Positions 30,154 through 36,810 of a DNA stretch of 36,810 bases are shown here, piece by piece. Under the pieces are notes generated by a model. The model was not told the DNA's origin. It saw only the letters and a program-made list of their open reading frames with translations, and ran no database searches. The stretch lies in the NCBI GenBank assembly GCA_965644295.1, contig CBFFRP010000542.1, positions 1 through 36,810 of the forward strand, in the 5' to 3' direction. A program made the position numbers and the translations under genes. Origin of the DNA: Paraphysomonas bandaiensis. Lineage: Eukaryota; Protista; Chrysophyceae. Each line of letters opens with the position of its first letter. Positions within the stretch are counted from its first letter, which is position 1.

Positions 30154-33100
30154 CTACTCCTGAATAATGTTGGGATAAGCCGCAGCGAGCGACGCATCAA
30201 CCAAAATCATGCGAGCAGGGTCAAAATCCTTCTGGGACCCCCAACAATAGACCAAATAGTTGTCGAAGGCATAGTTGGAACCGTTGAGATTAAAACGGGC
30301 GCTAATCTTGCGTTTGGAATTCTTGTGATACCAATGGGTGTACGTGAATTCCATGACATACGCGGCCGTGGCATAATCCGGTAAACCAAGACTCTCGTAC
30401 CACAGGTCACCGTAGAACCTGAGATCAACATAGACAGTATCTCCAACCGACACTGTTGTGATATTCTCTTTCCTCATTGAAGAAATAAAACGCTTCGCAG
30501 TAAACGAGTCGTATGCGAGGTGCCGCAAGTAAGGCCTAGACTCACAAAAATCGTAATATGCCTCACACTGAATATCCGGTGTCCATGGAATGTCCAAGAT
30601 ATCGCCGTCCGCATACTTCACCTTGAAGACCATCGTAGATTTGGTTCGTGAATCTCCCGTATATGAAAGAATCTCCTCCACCTTAAATTGTTCATGGTCT
30701 CGCATCGCCGCTTCAATAGCCGATTCCTTATCTCCGAAAAATGGCTCAAGATCAGAGACAGAGTATTCCCGAATTCCCCCGGTAAGAATATTACGAATTT
30801 GAACATCGTTCTTGTATTGTCGCACCACTTCGAAAGGACCCTTCATCCTCGAGGATAATTTCGGATGTGGTTTAGCACCAGCGTCGAACATAACAAAATC
30901 GCCTGGACAATACTGGTTTTGTTTGGCAGGATCCAAACCCGCTTCCGCTCGTTTCTCAACTAGAGACTTCTGGTAGTCTGCTGATATCTGGCGAACTAGA
31001 GCTAAGTAATCGTTCAGCCTTTTCAACAGCTGATGAGACGGATCATTGTCTCTCCCCTGGGCAGCCAAAAGATTCTTATAGATAGAATCCTGGGACCCAA
31101 ACGTCAGTTCGAATGCAGAATACCCCGTCTCACTACTCTCGTGGGTATTCAGAATGAACATGATAGTGGCAAGTAACAGTTCGTCCTCCAAAACAGCATC
31201 CGCCTCAATTCGCTTGTCAAAACAAATAGCACGGATGTGACGAACCACTTCCTTAATAATACGCTCACACCCATTGACATGCCTGTTGGCGATACTAAAA
31301 ACATGACGGAGTCCTGACAACTTAACCAGCTCTGCGAAAAGCTCTGATTTGAGATCCGGACCCATATCTGATATAATCATATCCGTGAGCCCGTATGTAC
31401 ACCAGCACTTCCATACTGCTGTAGCCAAATTGATAGCCGTCATTCCTTTCACCGCATATAGGTACACCAATTTCGTAAACAAATTAACCATGACCACAAT
31501 ATGCGTGTAACCAGATTTAGAAACAGGTGTAATAGCAACCGCGTCAATTCCCAAAGCACTCCTGGAATGAGGCGGTTTTAAATGTCTAGTGATAGGAATC
31601 AATCGCTGCTTCAGCTCTCGCCTATTCTTCTGACAGTTGATACATTCGTCCACGAAGTCTGCAACCACCTTGAAAGGCACGCCGTGTCCCGGAAATTGCC
31701 TACACAGACGTTTCCACGTCTCTTTCGCACCCCAGTGTCCTGCTTGCGCGTTGTGAACCTCTTTGATAGCCTGATAATAATCTATCCTCTGTACCTCCGT
31801 AGGCGGCGCGATCTCTTGAACGTCGTCCTCAAAATCGTCTTTTTCAAAGATGTTATGCAGTGTCACGAAGTTCACTTCATCTGAGTCGAAATCGTCACTT
31901 TCGTCCACAAATCCGGACAAATACAGCAATCTTGACAAGCAATCCGCAACCACATTGTTCTTCCCTGGGATATGACGAATCAAAAAGTCAAAATCCTGCA
32001 AATAAATTCTCCATCGAATTATCTTCGCAACTTCTGATGCCTCCATCCACACAAGGTTGTTGTGGTCCGTCTCGATTGTAAATTTCTTTCCTCTCAGATA
32101 AAACGAAAATTTCTTGACTGAATAGAATATACCAAAACCCTCCTTCTCAATAGTACACCACTTCAAGGCTTGCTCTGACAATTTCTTGGAACAGATAGCA
32201 ATAGTTTGCTGTTGAATCGGACTAGACCCAGTTCCCTCAACAGTCTGGAAAAGAATGCCTGCCACTCCATAGTCACTAGCATCTGTCCTAAGTGTCCACT
32301 CAAGATCATAATTCGGATAAAACAAAGCACAAGACTGTTGCAAACCACTCTTATAGTTTTCAAACTCCTGCCTATAATCGTGCTGCCATGTCGTTTCTTC
32401 CCAATTAAAACTACTCTTAGTCATATCCGTAAGATGTTTAACCAAATCTGAGTAATTCTGAACAAATGGAGCAAAGAATACTCCCAGACCCAACAAAGAT
32501 CTAATCTTCTTACATCTATTTCCATTCTCTGGAAAAGGAATCTTCAATAAAGCCTCTTTCCTATCGTCCGTGAGCTCGAAACTATTGTGCCTTACCAAAT
32601 AGCCAAAAAACTTGATCTCCCTAAATCCTAACCAGGTCTTTGCAAATTTCAACACAACTCCATGTTCAATGCATCTATCCAGGAAAATCTCCAGCTTCTT
32701 ATACGCATCATCAAAATCATGTGCCAATAACAGAACATTATCAAATATACACAGCGCCCATTCCAGATCTCCAAACAATTTGACTACCGCTTCTTGCAAC
32801 ACACTAATCCCTGGAGACACTCCCTCCGGAAGGAATAAAGGCTGAAATTGGCCCCACGGTGTTTGAACTGACAATTTTTCAGATGTGTTCTCATGCAACC
32901 TGATCTGATGGAACGCATTCGTGAGGTCAATGTCCATAAATATCTTATAGCCAATAATACGATCCAACTCATGTCTTACATTAGGAACTGTATAGTGTGG
33001 ACTTGGAATGTACTTGTTGATTTGCACGTAATCCCCACAAATCCTAATAAAAGGTTTCGTGGCTTTTGGCGCGATCACCAAACAAGAAGCCCACGGCGAC

Positions 33101-34092
33101 CTACTAGGAACATAGATGTAACCACACAGTCTCCTAAACTCCTTCTCCGCATCCTCATATAATCTAGGATTTACGGGTCTTGCCTTCGGCTTGATCCTAG
33201 GAGGCAAATTCTCAGCGAACTTGATGTTCAACGGATCCACTCCTTTTATACCTTCCCACCGCTCTGGAACAAATACCTCTACTCCCTTAGTCCTCAATAA
33301 CTCCAGCACCGGTCGCGCTGCTGAGAACTCTGGAGACACGTGCTCACCAAACATATCCTCGAACTCGCTCAAAGCTTCCTCTCTAGTCTTTCCAAGAAAA
33401 CTTGAGGCAAATCCGAACTGCGAAGGGTCCGGAACATCCAATTCTTCAGGTGCTACCTCCCTACTACTGTCACACCACGGCTGCAATAATTCTTCAACCG
33501 CATTCAACAACAAATCATCCTCGGTAACATCGTCCTCACGCCTTTTAATAAAACTTACTTCTGATTCAATTCGTTCAATAGTCCTTCCTTTAAGCATAAA
33601 TAGAAAATAATCCCATAGATCCTTAACGATAGCCGGAAGTCCAATAATAATATCGTTGCTACCCATATCAGCAACAATGAAATCCCCGTCATATATCACG
33701 AACTCTCCCTTGGAGTCTTCTCTCTCAAACCTCAATTTTAATTTCACTACAAAACTACACTTCATTCTCGACGTTTTATCGGCAAATCCTATAACTGTTT
33801 CTTTTTTTATGACTTTGTTTTCACACACATGATTTCTAAACGTCTCAAACAAATCCTTGGAAATGAAGTTAGATGTTAGGGCTCCAGTGTCGAACAATAT
33901 TCCACGCACAGATATTATATAGTTATCATCACATACAATGCTTCCCCCAGAATGAGCCAATGTCAAGTCTTTTCGTTCTCGCGTATTACAGACATTCATC
34001 AAATTTCTGAGGAAAACTCGACTAACAGTCTCAGGATCATTCAAACCGTACAATATTTCTTCGTGATCCTGCGAACCATTAGCCTCGCACAT
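30154..34092 (-). CDS. pol: Pol of element C (1312 aa): protease, RT, RNase H, integrase, chromo-like tail
   Basis: FDTGA; SPWAS, RICGDY, DLTNAFHQI, CIFDN, FFGY; TDAS, TDH, ADCLSR; HHCC, D,D33E, GPF. Confidence 0.96.
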   Translation of the reverse strand: MCEANGSQDHEEILYGLNDPETVSRVFLRNLMNVCNTRERKDLTLAHSGGSIVCDDNYIISVRGILFDTGALTSNFISKDLFETFRNHVCENKVIKKETVIGFADKTSRMKCSFVVKLKLRFEREDSKGEFVIYDGDFIVADMGSNDIIIGLPAIVKDLWDYFLFMLKGRTIERIESEVSFIKRREDDVTEDDLLLNAVEELLQPWCDSSREVAPEELDVPDPSQFGFASSFLGKTREEALSEFEDMFGEHVSPEFSAARPVLELLRTKGVEVFVPERWEGIKGVDPLNIKFAENLPPRIKPKARPVNPRLYEDAEKEFRRLCGYIYVPSRSPWASCLVIAPKATKPFIRICGDYVQINKYIPSPHYTVPNVRHELDRIIGYKIFMDIDLTNAFHQIRLHENTSEKLSVQTPWGQFQPLFLPEGVSPGISVLQEAVVKLFGDLEWALCIFDNVLLLAHDFDDAYKKLEIFLDRCIEHGVVLKFAKTWLGFREIKFFGYLVRHNSFELTDDRKEALLKIPFPENGNRCKKIRSLLGLGVFFAPFVQNYSDLVKHLTDMTKSSFNWEETTWQHDYRQEFENYKSGLQQSCALFYPNYDLEWTLRTDASDYGVAGILFQTVEGTGSSPIQQQTIAICSKKLSEQALKWCTIEKEGFGIFYSVKKFSFYLRGKKFTIETDHNNLVWMEASEVAKIIRWRIYLQDFDFLIRHIPGKNNVVADCLSRLLYLSGFVDESDDFDSDEVNFVTLHNIFEKDDFEDDVQEIAPPTEVQRIDYYQAIKEVHNAQAGHWGAKETWKRLCRQFPGHGVPFKVVADFVDECINCQKNRRELKQRLIPITRHLKPPHSRSALGIDAVAITPVSKSGYTHIVVMVNLFTKLVYLYAVKGMTAINLATAVWKCWCTYGLTDMIISDMGPDLKSELFAELVKLSGLRHVFSIANRHVNGCERIIKEVVRHIRAICFDKRIEADAVLEDELLLATIMFILNTHESSETGYSAFELTFGSQDSIYKNLLAAQGRDNDPSHQLLKRLNDYLALVRQISADYQKSLVEKRAEAGLDPAKQNQYCPGDFVMFDAGAKPHPKLSSRMKGPFEVVRQYKNDVQIRNILTGGIREYSVSDLEPFFGDKESAIEAAMRDHEQFKVEEILSYTGDSRTKSTMVFKVKYADGDILDIPWTPDIQCEAYYDFCESRPYLRHLAYDSFTAKRFISSMRKENITTVSVGDTVYVDLRFYGDLWYESLGLPDYATAAYVMEFTYTHWYHKNSKRKISARFNLNGSNYAFDNYLVYCWGSQKDFDPARMILVDASLAAAYPNIIQE

Positions 34093-34095
34093 TTG

Positions 34096-35565
34096 TCAAG
34101 TCACTCCACCAGGCCTCGGCAAAATCTTTCGCGGCCCTTTGGAATCATCTGCCATCATCTGAGACAGCTTCTTCATCATCCATTTCCGGGTTTCCGTTGC
34201 AACTGCTCCATTATGACCCTGGACATGCTTACATTCCTTCCCTTTGTAGCAGTTCCCATACAACGCATACGCAACGCAACCACGGGTTGGATTAACAGTC
34301 TTCTCTAGGTTCATCACCTGTTCTATAGCTTCCTTATCAGACTCTGGTTCGCCGAGCAACATCTCCTCAACCTCATTCTCGAAATCATCATCTGACATCC
34401 CGTCATCCTTGACCACAACTATCGGGTCAACCTCCTTGTCATCTAAATCACTGTAGAAATCATCCTCAACTCGGTCCGCAAACTGCACGTTGTTTAAAGA
34501 TTTCGGTTTCTCCTTTGCAACGTATCCATTGTCCCGATTCCTCGAACTCCTTTGAATTTGCTTCCTACTGAAATCGGACCCTTCATAAGGCACCAATCTG
34601 ATGTTCTTGGACGCCTCATAATGCTCACTCGCCTTGGAAACGTATGTATCCAGAAACTCTTCAACATTACCATAATTAGTATCCGTCACCCTTGGAATCT
34701 CAGCCAGAACTCGTTTGTTGTAAGACTCGTCGATCAACTCCAAAAATACTTGAGCCGATCCAAACTCTTTTCCTCCAACCGGCGGACACTTAGTACTATT
34801 GGCCTCCATCATGATAGTAAACGTACGCATAAAAATACTCTTTCGCTTCAAAATCTCTTGAAAAAACAGCTCATGTGTATTCGGCCGCACTGATTTCCAA
34901 TCCAGTGGCTTAAAATATCTCAGCGCGTATCGCAAAGTCTCAATGAACTCAACTTTGGACAACACCTTGGTCTCCTTAGCCATCATCTCACAGAATTTCT
35001 GAGCACTCAACTTAACAAACATTTTATCCGTCAAGCTATTGTTGAACATAAGCAGGTTCCGAACACGCCTGCTAACTATCTGGGCTGGCTCAAGCTTAAT
35101 CCCATTGATCTGTTCATATTCAAACCATTGGATGATAAACTTTGTAAAATCACTAAGCTCCATCGAATCCAGAAAAATATGCTTATGGGATGGCTTTTCA
35201 ACATTGATGATGACATGCTTTGGAACCTCCATTCCCTCTGAAGACTCAGCCTCCCTCATGAATACAGATGTCCTTCGCTCTTTCTTCTTGCCTTTGTCGT
35301 CGGCAGCCCTGCCACTCTCTCTGGTATGTCCCTGCTGCTCTTCACGCTGGTCACGGATGGCCTCATCTACTTCCTTCTGAGCTTCCTCCAGCTCATTAAC
35401 TAAAACTTCTTCATTAATAGACATTCTGGACTCCAGATTATCTACCCTACTGGCAGTTGCTACACACAACTTAGTGACGTTCTCCAAATTGAGAGCAATT
35501 CCCCGTAACATTTCCTTAACTTCATCTAACTCAGATGAACCAACAGGACCCTCCGAATCAGACAT
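34096..35565 (-). CDS. gag: Gag of element C (489 aa) with C-terminal CCCH-like finger
   Basis: Homologous to 751-2553; CVAYALYGNCYKGKECKHVQGH at 34213-34278. Confidence 0.88.
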   Translation of the reverse strand: MSDSEGPVGSSELDEVKEMLRGIALNLENVTKLCVATASRVDNLESRMSINEEVLVNELEEAQKEVDEAIRDQREEQQGHTRESGRAADDKGKKKERRTSVFMREAESSEGMEVPKHVIINVEKPSHKHIFLDSMELSDFTKFIIQWFEYEQINGIKLEPAQIVSRRVRNLLMFNNSLTDKMFVKLSAQKFCEMMAKETKVLSKVEFIETLRYALRYFKPLDWKSVRPNTHELFFQEILKRKSIFMRTFTIMMEANSTKCPPVGGKEFGSAQVFLELIDESYNKRVLAEIPRVTDTNYGNVEEFLDTYVSKASEHYEASKNIRLVPYEGSDFSRKQIQRSSRNRDNGYVAKEKPKSLNNVQFADRVEDDFYSDLDDKEVDPIVVVKDDGMSDDDFENEVEEMLLGEPESDKEAIEQVMNLEKTVNPTRGCVAYALYGNCYKGKECKHVQGHNGAVATETRKWMMKKLSQMMADDSKGPRKILPRPGGVT

Positions 35566-35810
35566 TTCGATATATATCTATAAACTACAATAATGATATC
35601 TTCACTTACGTGTTTTACCGTAAGTAAATTTACTATGAACAACTCAGGTCTTGCAACCTAAGATCACTGAAAAGATATGAAATGGTTGTTTATCGAAACA
35701 ACAAAACAGAAAGCTATAATAATAACTCTTTAAGAAACCAACAGCCAGAAACACAAGCTCCCCTGTATCCTGCAATCTAAAGCTCCCAATAGACAGATCA
35801 GTCAACCAAC

Positions 35811-36810
35811 TATGTTAATTTCATAGAGAATTATTATTAAAACTAAAGTTACAAGCGAAACAAAAGACAGACCCCCAGTCTAAAGACTCCTCCTCATACA
35901 CAGGACATTGAATGCATCCACAACCGTACAATATGCTCATACATGTACTACACTACATACGATTCATATCCTACATCGTTTATAGTCAAAAACGCCCTGA
36001 AATACGCCTAAATAGGTCCTTTCCAAAAACCTCCGATTTTTGAGTCCCAAAACCCCAAAAATCCCCAATTTTTTGAGAATTGCAGAAAATCGCCGATTTT
36101 CGAGCCACAAACACCCAAAATGACAATATTCGAATCCACAAAAATTGCAAGCACATTTCATGACAACGTGAAATACACAATCGCCAACTCATGCATAATA
36201 CCGACAAAATGCAATCGGGTTCAAAAGCTTACAACCGAACGGTTAAATATCATTTCCTTGCAAGAGTGTGTACTTTAGACTGGACCATACAAATACACTC
36301 ATATTCAGATCACTAACATGCCCATGACACCTCTGCATCTGCGTCCAATGGCACCTTACGAATTCCTCCCCATTCCGGAGAAAATCAACGGTGTATGGCA
36401 ATGGAGGAATATTCGTATATCAGAATCCAGAACAATGATCAAGCACATAGAGCTGTTCAAAACCATCAGAAAGCTTCTCATAATGATGGGTGGACTACGA
36501 ATATCGCACATGCGGTACCAATCAATGCTTCCTGACCCAAAACGCTATGACACCGACTACCGTATGGATATAGGCGTAAACCGACGGGTAGCAATCGCGT
36601 AGATCAAAGAAAACGTGTGTTCGAGGGTAAATCCTAGTTGTCTGTCGTCTTGCCCTCGTAATAATAATCTGTATCTCTTGTTGTCACCAATCTTATACAA
36701 AACAAGCTACATATACCCTACATATTATGTTATCATATCGTTATTGCATTAATATAGTTATCAATATTATTATGATGATGTCATTAAACGTGTTAAAGGG
36801 TGTTATAAAA
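35811..36810 (-). repeat. Element C 5' LTR (its first ~15 nt lie beyond the window)
   Basis: 35863-36810 repeats 29161-30108. The inner end at 35811 (...TTAACATA|GT) is inferred by analogy with elements A and B. Confidence 0.85.
36318..36602 (+). CDS. Second copy of the 94-aa antisense LTR ORF
   Basis: Identical translation to 29616-29900. Confidence 0.4.
   Translation: MPMTPLHLRPMAPYEFLPIPEKINGVWQWRNIRISESRTMIKHIELFKTIRKLLIMMGGLRISHMRYQSMLPDPKRYDTDYRMDIGVNRRVAIA

Larger units (their letters stand above)
29161..36810 (-). mobile_element. Ty3/gypsy element C, coding-intact (runs off the window end)
   Basis: LTR repeats at offset 6702, polypurine tract, and uninterrupted gag and pol (PR-RT-RH-IN). 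Confidence 0.96.

Noticed and set aside
35801-35808. TGGTTGAC as a conventional tRNA PBS for element C
   Set aside because: I cannot match it to a known tRNA 3' end, and A and B lack TGG at this position. Not fully excluded without the host tRNA set.

Overview
Eukaryotic DNA, rich in transposable elements (TEs), with short GT-AG introns. A protist, possibly stramenopile, origin is inference only. Three intact intron-containing host genes are present: a divergent GGPP synthase / RPL18a pair and a RING-coiled-coil gene. A young Ty1/copia element (9945-22951, 320-bp LTRs, AACAG target-site duplication, TSD) is split inside its integrase by a nested Ty3/gypsy element B (13111-20598, 1144-bp LTRs, AAAC TSD). 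Two more members of the same Ty3/gypsy lineage flank the window: A (1 to ~3160, truncated) and C (29161 to the window end, intact gag and pol). Each lies next to a fragment of a non-LTR retrotransposon, and the two fragments share a 3' end. The main finding is this Ty3/gypsy lineage, in which several canonical features are altered. RT motif C is (I/M)FDN instead of YxDD, and the integrase is D,D33E. Gag has a CCCH-type finger and is separated from pol by a single in-frame UGA. A 14-nt self-complementary sequence occupies the primer-binding-site (PBS) position, LTR ends include TG...TA, the integrase tail has a chromo-like plus a second domain, and the LTR carries an antisense ORF. Also present are a copia solo LTR, a 28-bp minisatellite and decayed gene remnants. 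All identity statements are by-eye comparisons; no database searches were run.
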